From Nymphon striatum (lineage: Eukaryota), in assembly GCA_016618385.1 (NCBI GenBank), contig JABFOP010000807.1, forward strand, positions 216,216 through 280,215: a stretch of 64,000 nt of DNA, written 5' to 3'. A model generated the notes under the pieces. It worked only from the letters and a program-made list of their open reading frames with translations, searched no databases and was not told where the DNA came from. The translations under genes were made by a program, and so were the position numbers. Each line of letters opens with the position of its first letter. The first letter of the stretch is position 1. Positions 12,735 through 25,699 of this stretch are shown here, piece after piece.

Positions 12735-14139
12735 CTGAAAGTTTAAAGATGTTAAATTCATATCAATAGGGAGGAGAGAAAAAATTCCATGAAGATTAAT
12801 CCAAACCTTTATAAAGTCCACTACTATATCTTTATTCACTGAATTCATATCTAACCTTCGGCCCCATGCAACCAAAGATATAGGCTAGAAAAAATATATT
12901 CATAAATTGATAACATACAAAATTCATTTATATTGAATATAAATATATTTCACTGAGCCCTTTCTTAGGTTATAAGGTTAGTGGCTGTGTCAATTCAATT
13001 TTTCTGTCAGAATTCAAGCCAGGGTAGGTAATTTCAAATTCTCCTAGATACTGCTAGCAAGAATACACATGCTACAATGAAAGGAACCGACTCTTCATCG
13101 AAAGATGAATTGGGTTCTTTAATATGTAGAGAGTATGTTTCTATATTTATGTCCTATCCGCAGAACAGGGTATTTGATTTAATTGAATGCGAGTAGTGTT
13201 TAATCATTAAAGGATTTGACATTTTATGTTTTTTTAAACAAATAGATTTTATATCATGGTATAATATTATTACATCTGTTTATATATATAGTGTTTTTAA
13301 AGAGAGGGCGTTTTAAACTTTAAAATAAAGCATTATCATGTCCAGAATGTATTAAATAATACAACATAAATATATTTATCGCACAACCTTGACTTTATTG
13401 CATGCATTTGGAGTTCTTATATTTCCTGTATAAGGACACGTCCCTATATATATTGTATAAGGACACGTCCCTATATTGGTGTCGATTACAGACAGAGGAA
13501 GTCTGAGATTGTGAATGTTGCTTACCACAAATTTATTTTTTCTTTGTTATATTATAAACAAGCCGTTAATGAACAAGTCGGTTCTCCACTTTCATTTATT
13601 TTCAGTTGAGTCATTTCTATTTTGTTGAATTGAAGAAATCGGATATTATCAGGAGACATCACCGACTTTTGTCTGTTATGTCTCGAGATGAGCTATTTTT
13701 TTTTTAACATAGAATATTTTTCTAAAGTTTCGAAATGTAAAATATTTTTCATAACTTTCTATAATGAATAATCAACCTATATATTTTTAAAAAAATAAAG
13801 TTATTATCTGCAAAAATGAGCTATTTTTTGTCTTCTATAAATTTATTTACCAGATGTTTCAGACTAAATTCTTTATTTCATGATGTTTCTCTCCCTACAC
13901 CTGTATTGAATTTCATTTGCTCCAACTTCCAACTTCGTCTGTATCGGATTTCGATTAAGTGGTGAAACTTTTCCCCCTCTCGTTCTTCCCCTCTCACCCT
14001 CTCACCAATTTATTGTTTTTTTTTAGCCTGACTGGCACTAAATGAATCAATTTTAAAATGTATTTTAATTAATAAATTCATTTTCTAAGCTACCTGTCGG
14101 TTGTGCGATAAACAGAATATAAAATTCGTGCTCGTTTCT

Positions 14140-14235
14140 CACGAGATATATGGAACTCGTCAACTTAGTTTTAATTTCAGCTCGCCAAGGCTCGCTGAAA
14201 TAAAAACAAAGTTGACTCGTTCCATATATTTCGTA
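14140..14235. repeat. Perfect hairpin (inverted repeat of about 35 bp each arm) immediately upstream of the 5'-truncated LINE
   Basis: gagatatatggaactcgtcaacttagtttt..aaagttgactcgttccatatatttcg. Produces mirrored ORFs on both strands (14065-14247 minus, 14101-14295 plus). Confidence 0.6.
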
Positions 14236-14294
14236 AGCAACGATCACTCATTCTATATCCTCTATATATATACAGTCCTGATGATACAGTTCTG

Positions 14295-15062
14295 ATGGCA
14301 AAAACACCAACTGAGCTTCAAGATATTCTTGACAAGATAAAATACCGGAGTGAGCTAGGGGGACTAAAAATGAACATCAAGAAAACAAAAGTTATGGTTG
14401 TCAGCCGTAATAAAGAGCAAATCAAAGTAAACATCAACATTGACAAACAACAGCTAGAACAAGTTTCTTCATTCACCTACCTTGGTCACCTCATCACAGA
14501 AGATGGGAAGTGCAAAAAGGAAATAAAGAAAAGAATAGAAATTGCTCGCTCAAAATTTAACAGCATTAAAAAGGTACTTTGCTCACAGGCCATCAGGAAG
14601 AGTACCCGAGTGAGACTATTAAAGGCATATTTATAGTCATCGTTACTGTATGCAAGTGAAACGTGGACATTAAATAAAATGACAATAACAAGACTCGAGG
14701 CATTTGAAATGTACATGTATCGAAGGATTCTCAAGATTCCTTGGACTGACAAAATAACTAACGAACAAGTCCTAGGTAGGATGAACACCACCAGAATAAT
14801 AATAGACACCATCAAATGTAGAAAGGCAAAGTACTTCGGTCATGTAATCAGGCATAATGATATGCAAAATATCATGATGTTTGCAAAGATCGAGGGCAAA
14901 CGACCTAGAGCTAGACCACGCCTTACATGGATGGATAACATCAAAGAATGGACTAATTGCAGCATCCATGAGTGCAGTGAGAGAGCGCAAGACCGGGATG
15001 TGTGGAGGGCAATGGCAGACAACCTACTACGGAGTAGACGTCAATGAACTGAACTGAAATAT
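14295..15062 (+). mobile_element. RTE-like LINE, 5'-truncated 3' portion (RT C-terminal domain), ending in a (GAACT)n-like tail
   Basis: ORFs 14295-14636 and 14679-15047 carry the motifs FTYLG..EDGKCKKEIKKRI..A and LLYASETWTL...FEMYMYRRILKIPWTDKITNEQVL...KYFGHVIRH...GKRPRARPRLTWMD. The element ends ..ctacggagtagacgtcaatgaactgaactgaaat. Confidence 0.7.
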
Positions 15063-15825
15063 ATATACAAACTGGCATGATACATGAAACTGAAAGCTGA
15101 AGACAACACCTGAGCTAGACTTCAATTCCATGATGAAATTTTGAAGCTGCATCTATAGAATTGTCCGAAGAAACCCAAGTGCCTTTTTGAAATTATTCTA
15201 GAGAGAATGTCTTGATGGAAGAAATTAATGTAGTGTCAATTGGGTTTTAAACTATTGAATCCACTAATAAACTTCAAAATAGCTTCAAGGCTCCAAAACC
15301 GAATCTTAAGAGATTAATCTCGTGAGCTCAGAAACTATCAAAGTAATGAAATGTTACGATGTTTGAAAATTTTGATATACGGGCATTCTTTGATTAGAAT
15401 TGAAGTGGTGATTGAAACAATGTGTTTTTGTTGTTTGGTTAGTGAAGATTATCTTATTTGAAATATATAAATAATGAATACAGTCTAATCTAATACAAAA
15501 TATTAAGAAAATCAAAATACCCAGAAAGTAGAAAGCTGATTATATGGTGTGATTATATGCTTCCACAAACAATTTCTCACAATATTTTTGGCTTTTTCAA
15601 GTACATATTTCATTACACAAGGGTGATAAAGTAATACCACAGCTCCATGCTACAAATAGAAGATAAAAACACAAGATACAAACAACACATCATTTTTGAA
15701 ACCATAATTAAACAAAGAAGATTTGACAAATTAATTGCACGTATCAGAAAACACAAAATAGAAACTCTTTTGACTTTTACTGTGCCCTCACATCAGAAAA
15801 GTAATAGGCTTAAATTTTAGAAAAA

Positions 15826-16966
15826 ATGTGTCTGAAGCAGCCTTCATCATCATCAGCCCGTATTGGCCCACTGCTGAGAAAAGGCCTCTCGTCTAGATCT
15901 CCAGTCCTCTCTATCGGCAGCTCTTTCAACCCAATCCTTGTCAAACTTAGCGATATCATCCACCCACCTTCTCTTCGGTTTACCTCGTTTTCTTCCTCCC
16001 CTATCTGTTATCCACATTGTGGATTTAGTGGTCCATCTATCGTCTGTTCTACGGGTCAAGTGTCCAGCCCAGTTCCACTTGCTACTCTTCACTGTCTGGG
16101 TCAAATCTTTACACCCTGTCCTCACCCAACTATTAGTCTTTCTATCCCTCCAGCTCACACCTAAGATCTTTCTTTCCATACTGTGTTGGGCACTCGCCAA
16201 TTTCTTCAACAAGGTATCTGTAATTGCCCAGGTCTCTGACTCATACGCTAGTACAGGCAGGACACATTGGTCATATACCTTCCGCTTCAAGCAGAGAGGT
16301 AGCTTGCTGCTCCAAACATTGTTCAGGCGACCAAAAGCTTGCCAGCCTAGGGCAACACGTTGCCTTACTTCAGGCTCCCAGTCTCTGTGTATTGAGATAA
16401 GCTGCCCTAAATAAATATATCTATCAACTTGGTCCAAGGCCACATTTCCTGTCATAATCGGTTGGATTTCTACATTTCTGTTAAACATGACCTTAGTCTT
16501 ACTCAAATTAATCTCTAAACGTACTTTATTACTGGCAGTTCTCAGTTCCTGAACCATAAGTTGAAGCTCCTGAGGGGACTCCGAGAACAGGACTACATCG
16601 TCGGCAAACCTGAGGTTGGTCAGTCTATCGCCATTTATGGGGAATCCTTTAGAAGTCCAGTTTAAGCATCTAAATACATTTTCCAAGCAAGCTGTAAATA
16701 GTTTTAGAGATATAGAATCTCCCTGTCTCTAATCTAATCTTATTTTTATTGGTATGAAGCTTTATATTAGAAGTTCCAAGTCCAAAAATTTGGTCCAGCA
16801 TTCTTATGTATGCTGGGGAAATAGTTCCGGCATTTAAGGCATTTAGTACAGCCTGATGCTCTACTGAGTCAAACGCCTTCTTGTAATCTATAAAAGCTAG
16901 GCACAGGGGTAGACTATATTCATGATATTTTTCAATCACTTGATTGACTGTATGGATGTGATCCAA
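15826..16966 (-). mobile_element. LINE (non-LTR) reverse-transcriptase fragment, 5'-truncated, lying tail-to-tail with the LINE at 14295-15062
   Basis: ORFs 16670-16966 (AFIDYKKAFDSVEH, RT domains 1-2) and 15853-16686 (FADDVVLF, RT domain 5, and the C-terminus ..WAGHLTRR..GKPKRRWVDDI). The 3' end on the plus strand reads catcatcatca, i.e. a (TGA/ATG)n-like tail. Confidence 0.7.
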
Positions 16967-17013
16967 TTAGTAAATTAATAATTGATTAATTTAATTTAAT
17001 TAAATTGTTTTTT

Positions 17014-17353
17014 AAAGGGATCCTAAGGTTCTTTAAGACTTGTAGTTATGTTATGTAAAAAAATTCGCTGATTTCAAAAATATTATCAAATTTTTTCAAA
17101 TAATTATTTCCCACCGAAAACGCGATTTTTATATTAATTAGGACGACATGAAGTCACTTATATGACATCACAAACTTCCCGTCGACCAATATGATGCAAT
17201 AGGATTGGTCGAAAGTGACTAGGTGACGTCATCGAACCACGTGACAAATGTAATAATTGATATAAAAATCGCGTTTTCGGTGGGAAATAATTATTAAAAA
17301 CAAATGTTGATAATATTTTTGAAATCAGCGATTTCTTTTATATAAAATCCCTT
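17014..17353. mobile_element. Foldback/TIR element (about 340 bp) with inverted arms of roughly 75 bp and AAAGGGAY termini
   Basis: aaaaaaattcgctgatttcaaaaatattatc...ccaccgaaaacgcgatttttatat mirrored by atataaaaatcgcgttttcggtgg...gataatatttttgaaatcagcgatttc. A related half-copy lies at 49305-49440 and the same AAAGGGA termini occur at 29866. Confidence 0.6.
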
Positions 17354-17510
17354 CAATGTTTATAAAATATGTCATACTTTTCAAACTTAAACCCTCAATT
17401 AATCTGTAAAAAAAAAAGGAATCAATAATTTGAATTCAATAAATATGAACAACTTTATCTTGGTTTAAATAAAGAAAATAATGAATACCGGTAATTATAA
17501 AAATGATTAC

Positions 17511-17589
17511 CTCAACATTATGAAGCCATCTCTGAGGAGGTAAGAACTTGTATTCTCCATACTTGGCCCAATTTGGACGATGATTACCA
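17511..17589 (-). CDS. Candidate internal exon of the unidentified minus-strand gene ([26 protein letters not shown] in the best frame)
   Basis: Minus-strand acceptor ttttttgtttatgttag and donor gttgag|gtaatc. The open frame has no database-like domain I can name. Confidence 0.3.
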
Positions 17590-17831
17590 CTAACATAAAC
17601 AAAAAAGTAAAACATTTAATGAAAATTAGCTTTTTTATGTCAAAAAATAAATGAAGTTTGAAAATCTTGCTTATAAGATACAATCAATGATTGAAACTTA
17701 CTACAATGGAATGGTCACATTGTATTTGATTTTATTGTTCATACATATGTGAATCTTGAGGGAAGAAAACAAAAATATAGAGTTGAAATTTGTATGTAGT
17801 GAAAGATCATCAGCAACTTCCAAGAGTTAAG

Positions 17832-18202
17832 GCCAAAAAAAAAAATGCTGTGTTTCCGGTAACGGTCTTGACAGACGGGAGGGTCGGTAGGTCGATTTTT
17901 TATTTTTTTATTTTATTAACTAGAATTCCCCCCACCAATATACCATTTACTTCATTTGAAGGGCTATCTACATTTGATTTAAAGAAATACAATTGTTTAA
18001 ATCATTTAATTTAGACAAACATCATAGAGAAAAGAGAAGATTACTATTTAACGCATTTTAGGAGGTAGTTTTGTGACGTTTTTTCTTTACCATTTCATGC
18101 ATTTTACTATGTTTTTCCCGAATCATCATAAAAAAATTTCAGTCGGCGGTAAAATTACACGGTCGGTCGGGTTACCGGAAATGCAACATTTTTTTTTTGG
18201 CC
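17832..18202. mobile_element. MITE family B, copy 1 (about 370 bp), with terminal inverted repeats of about 30 bp GGCCAAAAAAAAAATGYTGYRTTTCCGGTAAC
   Basis: A second copy lies at 28378-28735 inside MVP intron 3. Termini are ggccaaaaaaaaaaatgctgtgtttccggtaacggtc and gttaccggaaatgcaacattttttttttggcc. Confidence 0.75.
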
Positions 18203-18296
18203 TTATATAAAATATTTTTTTTAATTTTAACGGGATAATTTTCTATATGTGAGTAAAATATATTTTGCAATACAAATATATGGTAAGAAATTCTTA

Positions 18297-18348
18297 CTGG
18301 ACTATAGTCTTTATCAGGAACATCACTTGAGGATACTTCTTTAATATC
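18297..18348 (-). CDS. Candidate internal exon of the unidentified minus-strand gene (DIKEVSSSDVPDKDYSP)
   Basis: Minus-strand acceptor tgtttatttgtatgtcag and donor ccag|gtaaga. Confidence 0.3.
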
Positions 18349-18519
18349 CTGACATACAAATAAACAGATTATTTCCTTTTTTTAATTTCAATTGTCAATT
18401 CAAATATAACATAAGACATGTCTAGATACAAAAGTACGAACATGATTTAAAAAAGAAATATACATATGGATAATTTTCCACCAGCTAATTGATAAACATC
18501 AATATTTTTCTGTAGGCAA

Positions 18520-18700
18520 ACACATGATGGAGAACGATCACGAGGTTCAAACCCATAACCTGAACAAATTCTTTGGTGTCCTGAAAAAGTGTAAGAACAA
18601 GTTCGAATGCCTTGTCTACGAGATGATTTTGATTAAAAAGAAAAATCCATCTCTAAATGTTCAATCCGACTCAACTCGAGCAAAATGTTTTACCTGAAGC
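18520..18700 (+). mobile_element. Penelope-like element fragment: C-terminal part of the GIY-YIG endonuclease domain
   Basis: The translation ..HEVQTHNLNKFFGVLKKCKNKFECLVYEMILIKKKNPSLNVQSDS fits the Penelope-like EN C-terminal pattern (H..F...IL.KC.N...R..E.I.I.K.KN..N...). Confidence 0.35.
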
Positions 18701-19374
18701 AACCCTCATTTGAATAGTTTTTCATTTCCGTCTCTCCCCCTTTCTTTTCAGTATTTATACATGAGTATTTTTCTTTTCAGCAGTTCATTTTGTATTGTCT
18801 CTTTAATCCTTTTAACTCGTTGGGCCCATATATGGCCCATTCTTTTGCTCCTTTTAACTCAGTGGGTTGATATGGCCCAAAATATATGTCCCGAAAAGAA
18901 CCTCCACAATATTTGGTTCCTGAAGCATACCCATCCCATTCAACGTTATGTTACTAAGGAGATATCAAATATCGTGTATAATGCAAAAAAATGAACAAGA
19001 TTTGCTTTTTGCATTGTTTTGAAGGCTTTTATCTTCGAAACGAGGAAAATTTACTAATATTTTGCGACTAATTCATCTCCAAAGAACTCGAACAAAAGCA
19101 CTGAAAACAATACTAATACAATAGAGGATATGAATAATGATAGTAATAATCATAAATATATACAAAGCAGAACATTAGTATTTCATGTTCATCAAAGAAC
19201 ATTCCTTCAAATCGACGTTTGAATGGCTTTTTTGCAATTGATTTTTCTGTGATTATGTTTTTTTGGTTTCAGGAGAAAAAATATTTTCGTTTGAAGAAAT
19301 GAAATATTTTGCACTTTATTGTTTTATTATATTCGGTGCTTGGCAAAAAATTTAATTGTTAGGGTCCCAATTAT

Positions 19375-19744
19375 GCCCAGATAGCAAAAAGTATCCGGCC
19401 CGATCCCGGCCCAAACTAGTCCTCCTAGTCTATGATGCGGCCCAAGTCCGGCAACCAGGTCTGGGCCGGTCCGGACTTGCACACTGGTACCGCTACCGGT
19501 CTTACGGATGTGGCCCGAGTCCGGCACACTTGCGGGCAGCATGCGGATCGTTGATGGGCCAAGGGTGGCAAAACGGAATACGGCTTGCCAGTGAGAAAAC
19601 GAATAATAGACTTTGGTCAAACTGGCGGGCAGCATGCGAATCCTTGATGGGCCAAGGGTGGCAAAACGAATACGGCTTGCCAGTGGGAAAACGAGTCCGG
19701 GCCAGTCCGGCTCCAGGTTAGCCAGATAACTTTGCTATCTGGGC
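19375..19744. mobile_element. GC-rich MITE (about 370 bp) with terminal inverted repeats of about 24 bp GCCCAGATAGCAAAAAGTATCCGGCC and an internal tandem duplication of about 90 bp
   Basis: Termini gcccagatagcaaaaagtatccggcc and gccagataactttgctatctgggc. Internal duplicated unit gggcagcatgcgRatcSttgatgggccaagggtggcaaaacgRaatacggcttgccagtgRgaaaacga. Produces mirrored ORFs 19327-19635 (minus) and 19356-19721 (plus). Confidence 0.6.
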
Positions 19745-20095
19745 GAGATTTGGTCTTTTAGAAACAACTAATCTCTCCGTGCTAATTATCTTTAATTTAA
19801 TTATATTTAACTCTGAGTTAGCCATGGTTGACAGAAATTTATTAGCGAGTTAAAAGGGTTAATCATGTTTTTTGGATAATAGCAGTTTTACAGTTTTTTT
19901 TTTTACTTAACTTAAAAAGATGATATATGGAGTCTTCGAAACATTGTGTTATTTTAGCTTATTTATTCCTCATTTTGAAGCTTAAAAGATCTGTCTTTTA
20001 GGATAATTTTTTTTCCAGTATAAGCACACTATGGTTTCTCAAAGCAAATTTTAAAAAATGTCATAAAGAATAAGAGCAATGCAGAAAAATCTTAC

Positions 20096-20160
20096 AGGAG
20101 CAACAATAAAGGGAGATCTTGGATTATAACAAGTGTAATTGACTGGAGATCTATCCCAAT
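20096..20160 (-). CDS. Candidate internal exon of the unidentified minus-strand gene (WDRSPVNYTCYNPRSPFIVAP)
   Basis: Minus-strand acceptor catgtag and donor gct cct|gtaaga. Confidence 0.3.
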
Positions 20161-20270
20161 CTACATGTTGAGAATCCTAAGAATGAAAATCAAGAAAAAA
20201 ATTATAACGGCAAAACAAGAAAAAAAAAATGGAAATAAAAAAACATGATGAATCACTTAATATGTACAAC

Positions 20271-20355
20271 CTGAGCATCATCACACTGGGCATTAATAAC
20301 ACCCATTTTGACACCATGAACTGGATCTTTCAAGCTTTCAGGCAATTTTTTGCAA
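20271..20355 (-). CDS. Candidate internal exon of the unidentified minus-strand gene (CKKLPESLKDPVHGVKMGVINAQCDDAQ)
   Basis: Minus-strand acceptor tactttttag and donor cag|gttgta. Its splice phase joins cleanly to the exon at 20096-20160. Confidence 0.3.
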
Positions 20356-20825
20356 CTAAAAAGTAAATCTAATAATTAATAAAGGAATGAAAGATGTTCC
20401 ATAAAACATTTATTTTCATACCAATTATATTATTAATCTTAAAAAACAAAAACAAAAGTAAAATTTATTAAAAGTGAAACTTATTAAAAATCATTATCAT
20501 GAAGTTTTTTTTATATTGAAAAGTTTTAATCTGACCCATTTTCAAAATACATAGTCTTTAAAAATTGACTAAAAGAAGGCCCGGTAGCTGAGTGGATATA
20601 ATATCTTTCCACTTGTGTGTTTGATTGACACAGATACTTATAAAAATCATCATATCTCACTCAAACCTCCAATTTGCTATTCTTTCTTTGCATTGTGTAT
20701 TATCATGCCATATAAATTGGATTTAAATCTATTTACATAATCACTACTAAATGCTGCTAGATTATGCGTAGAAATAGAAAATATTCTGGGGTAAAAACCA
20801 GTGCTTGCTTTAAATTAAAATTGGT

Positions 20826-21256
20826 ACAATATAGCAGGGTGTCCACTGATTTCAGTGACTGGGGGTTTTTGTACCTCCTGGAAGTGAAAGTTGGGAGTAC
20901 AGAGAAAACATAGAGGGTACACAGTTTTTTTCTTCAAAATCAATATGTATATTCAAATTATAACAAAACACTTGAAAGCACTCAATTATCAATTAAGTCT
21001 TCATATGAATGCTTAACAATTTTCCTGATCAGTGAATCTCTCTACAGAACAGGCACATTGTTCAATTTGAGCGAATAAGGTGAATTAAATATAGGAACGA
21101 ATTAGTTTTAAGATCTACCACATGAAATTGAACGATTTTAAACACAGCAGACATCATTCTGTGTACGTGCTAGCACGTTTCTAAACAAAATTCTGTACGC
21201 GATTTTTTCGAAATAAACGTGAATCACGTACACTTTTACGTGATCGGACACACTGA
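20826..21256. mobile_element. Possible MITE with CAGGGTGTCCAC..GGACACACTG termini
   Basis: Imperfect 10-bp inverted termini that resemble the CAGGG family. Confidence 0.25.
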
Positions 21257-23614
21257 ATATAGTATTGATCTTGTCTGAATTATCAAGCTATTAAACGTTA
21301 GTAAGATAGATTGTAAAAAACACAAAAAATCAGAGGTTAATCAACAAAGACTCTGAAATTCAACTTTTTAAGAATCTAATGCTCATGAAAATAAGGTTGC
21401 TGAAATAGTTAGAACGTAATTCACTAATAAGATTAATATGATATTGGCCAAGTAATTAATGGAAAGAATTTCTGAACTTTAAAAAGGCATTATGTGTCGA
21501 TGTTCAAACATTCTTAACTCCAAAGAAAATTAATAACAACACTCATTCACTTCTTCAACTTATTTGAATAATCTATAAAAAAAATTATGGAATTGTAAAT
21601 GATTTAAAAGTCAACTGACATGAATTTTGACTATCTTATGAAATTCAGTCGGCATATTGATAAAATGTACTGAATGAAAGCGGCAAAATTGCGGTCTTCG
21701 TATCTGCATTGTAAGGGAAGATATTAATGATTGAATTAGTGTGATTTACCGTTTGTTCAATCAAAATTTGAACTGCAATATAGCGTGACTCGAGTATAGG
21801 GTCACTCGAGTCATAAGTTGCATTTTTTCACACATGTTACAATCCCGGGTCTTTTGGGAACACAAACATTCCATAACCTGCTGAAGTGTTATCACATAAA
21901 CCGGCCACACAATAAGGCATTTTACACTAATTCGCTTACATTAAATGTTTACTTTCAATGATTCGCGGAAACTGAATTGACTGGTTTGACGTCACTACTA
22001 GCTTAGTCACGTGACAACATTTTTCAATGATGCTCAATAGCCGTAGTCAGGTAAAACTTGCTAAAAGTAATAAAATTAAATTAAAATAATTGTTCAGCTG
22101 ATGACAAAACATCCCTCAAATATGTGTTCATCTATTTCTTCAGTCAAAACGTGATCGAAAATTCATGTCAGTTGACCTTTAAGACAACACTTCCTTCCAT
22201 GAATACTGTCAGATAAGAGAAGAAGAAAACATATCAAAGTAGAGTTATATTTACCTTACAAAACATTCACATAGCATATAGATTATAAAAAACAACAGAA
22301 ACGGAGATTGAAGACAACTAAAATTATTTTTCATTTCTTTCATTTTGATCTCATCCAGAAATTTTGTGAAAATAAACCACTTGGTCTGAAAAAATTATAA
22401 TAAATTAGCATGTGTCAAAGAAATAAAAAAAAATTCATAATTCAATGGAAAACTTCTTTCATGAGGCGCCAGTTGAATTGTGAAATACATTAAACATGCA
22501 GTGGAGGTGATCCAAGCAAAGATAAAAGTACAACAGATGGCTAGTAAGCAATGGAAAGAAAAATATTTGTTAAAGATAAACTTTATCATAAATACTCTAA
22601 AAAAAATGGTTCAATAACGGTCCTATTTTTAAAGAACAGAATTTTGATATATAGGTGATCTGATTTCTATGGAAGCTCTAAATGCGACAACTTTTTTCAA
22701 ATTCCTAAACACCTTGCATGCCACATTGCTTGAAAAGGTGGGTCGGGTCAACGAAGGAATTCTTGAACTTCTAGATTATTTTTTTTCTGCACACTGCCTA
22801 GTAGCCATCTTTCATGAAATAAAAATGATATCAAATCTTTGGACAAACTTTGGCACCTGGAAAATTAAAAAGAAAGAACTTATGACCTTATGAGATATTG
22901 AAATGATATGCGGATATCAGCACTTCGTTTAAATTTTAGCTGTGATTAACACATATAATCTACTATCTTCAGTTCCATTTGATTATGAGAACCACAATTT
23001 GAAAAATGAAAATTGAAAAGGTCACTTTCATATAAAAGTTTTATATAAATCTAACTGCAGGTGCATCTATTGTGAAGAAGTAATACAGGAAAGTGGATGC
23101 ATAATACCACACATGCATGTTTCAATGCCAATAAAATTAACAAGTATGTACATGTACCAAAATGATAATGAATATTATTATTATTATTGTTTATTCACCT
23201 TATTTTTCAGGTATAGTTTCAGGTATAGTGTATGTTTCAGAAATAGAAATTATTGTACAAAATGCCCAACTCTGAAAACCATAAGGGAATGCTAGGAAAA
23301 CATCAATTCAATCAATTGGCGTTTAGTAAAACAAATAGAAAAATTAAGGTAGCCATTCATTTTAATTCAATAAAGGTTGCGAAGGGAATGAATGGATATA
23401 TATCATCTCTTCGGAATGAGCTTCCTCAAAGATTGATAAAAAATTTCTATCAAAAATTTAAATGAGTTTTCTTTCAATTTCTTTTTGTTGTAGGTGTTAT
23501 ATCACTATTCCAGCCATGGAGACAAAATGTGCTTAAATTTTATTTTCCTTGTTGTTGCCATGGAGATCAATCTATTTTTATTTTATTTATTCAATAGCAA
23601 ATAGACGAAAAAAA

Positions 23615-23800
23615 CGTCCAAATATGCCTATCTCGTTTCTATGCACTTCTTTTAAAGAACCACTAGCTAAACTCTTCCAGAAATCTCAACAAATGGGTAC
23701 ATTCCCAAGTGGGTGGAAAACAGGACACATCACACCAATCTTTAAGAAGGGAAGAAAGAAGCGAATCATGCAACATATTCATAATGGATTTTCCAACAAT
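23615..23800 (+). mobile_element. LINE RT N-terminal (domain 0) fragment
   Basis: Track ORF 23549-23803: ..EPLAKLFQKSQQMGTFPSGWKTGHITPIFKKGRKK matches the CR1/L2/RTE-type motif (P.....FN.S...G.FP..WK.A.V.PI.KKG). Confidence 0.35.
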
Positions 23801-24045
23801 TGATATAGTAAGCTTTAAGATGTTTGTATTGACTGGAAGGGGTCAAATACAGGCTGATGACAGTAGGCTCTTTCATAAAGCCCTCTTGCCCTAACCTAAA
23901 GAATTTAAAAATGTATCTTGTCCAGATTTATGTGCTAAGGCAAGGAAAATCAGGAACATTAAAGAAAAAAGAGAAATCATACGAAAACTACAACTGGGAA
24001 GAACTTCTCTTAACCCTACTTTACCTGGGTTTTTTTTTTGGTCCT

Positions 24046-24735
24046 TCCACGGCTAAGGGGGGGGGGGGGCTACTAGGCCCATAGTTACATTAGTGTAAAT
24101 AACACCAGAACTGTTATAGCTAGTGACTTCAAATTTTCAGGGATGTTAGATCTACTTATTGTCGTTCTAAAAATTTTTAAAAATATTTTAAAATTCAGTG
24201 ACGTCATCATGCTTTGTCATCCTCATTAGGGCTGTTTGCACAGCTTTTTACGTTTTTATGTTTTACGATTTTATGAAAAAAGTTCCATAATAACCCCTGA
24301 ATGTAAACAAAGGTAGTAAAACAATATATTATATAAAGGCACTCTATAAAATACCAATTAGACAAAGTAATAAGCCATCTGATCTATTACAATTGCATAT
24401 ATACAAAATATATAGTTTTCGTGATTTTTATGGTATAATTTTTCAGGGGGTAGCTACCGGCTGACCTAGATTTTTTTCAAAAAATTTTTTTCATGAAAAT
24501 GTTCCCAGATAAATTTTAGAAAAAGTCATAAAGTTTCAGAAATTTTGGAATAGCCAATCTGGAGATATTTAAAAATAGTGATAGCATACACTGGACTCGT
24601 CTGTAAAGATCTCAACAAAGACCAGAAGTGGACGGAGATCAACAAGATTTTTCTTGCAATGACAAAGTGAAATACTTTTGATAGCCACCTCCTTTTTATT
24701 CAAATGTATTTTTCCTAGCCCCCCCCCCTTAAATG
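24046..24735. mobile_element. Possible TIR element bounded by poly-G/poly-C inverted termini (GGGGGGGGGCTACTAGG..CCTAGCCCCCCCCC)
   Basis: Inverted G/C-run termini about 690 bp apart. Confidence 0.2.
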
Positions 24736-25699
24736 TCACAGAATAAAATATGTGACCCCCTCAAAATTTCCATAGCCCCCCCATTTAGATAAATTATAAA
24801 CGCTCTCTTACGTATGTGGAATATTATTTTTTTAAATTAAAATTGATTCCACCATTATGTTACACTACCCTCAGTCTCAGAATTAATTTAGTCATTTTGT
24901 ATTGCATAAAATAAGTAAGATAGGCCAGTTTAAATGATACAGCCTACAAAGTAACAAATTACAATTACAAAACATAGCAATTACTTGTGATTTTTGGGCC
25001 CGATTTTTGGCCAAAATAAAAACCCCGAATTATGCCGCCTACTGATAAATGTTTGAGAAAAAAATTGTTTAATATTATCTTTGTCTTAGTTGGGTCAAAA
25101 CTCAACCAAAAAACATTGGCTGTTTTTGAAAAATGTCTACAGCCCACCTAACTTCTCCAACTAAGTCTAAGTCGTCTAAGTTTAAGAAGAGCCAAGAAGA
25201 CTAATATAGGTGGAAGGATTTAAAGTTTAGTTCACATAAGCTTACCTAATTTAATTAACAGACGACGTTTACATAATTATATTTAGAAATCACCTTTCGT
25301 TTTCCCTTCAATAGTGACCAAACAACTTGTTGACGTTGTCATTAATTGACAATCGTCAATCAATTTTCACCTGTCTCGGCCCACTGGTGTGTCCTCTTTC
25401 TCGTACAATGAGGGATGTATACGGTTTAGAAAATACATAATGAAAGTAAAATATCTGTAATTCCATTTAACTTATCACAAGATATCAATTTTAAAACTTG
25501 GTTGATGAAAAAAGTATTTATATATCTTTAAATTTATAATTTTAAAAGGGTTGGCAGTCTGTGGTAACTTGTGTTGAGTAATGCCATGCCTGGATGCGTC
25601 AGTTGTTGCAACTTGGCTCAAAATTGTGAAACTTTGCTGAGCAAAGAATTGCACCATGTTATGCAATTTTCAATGTTATCTACACAATTGGCATTGATA

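Noticed and set aside
19327-19721. Mirrored ORFs of 102 and 121 aa on the two strands, which could suggest overlapping genes
   Set aside because: They coincide with a GC-rich MITE that has inverted termini and an internal tandem duplication. The ORFs come from repeat structure, not coding sequence.
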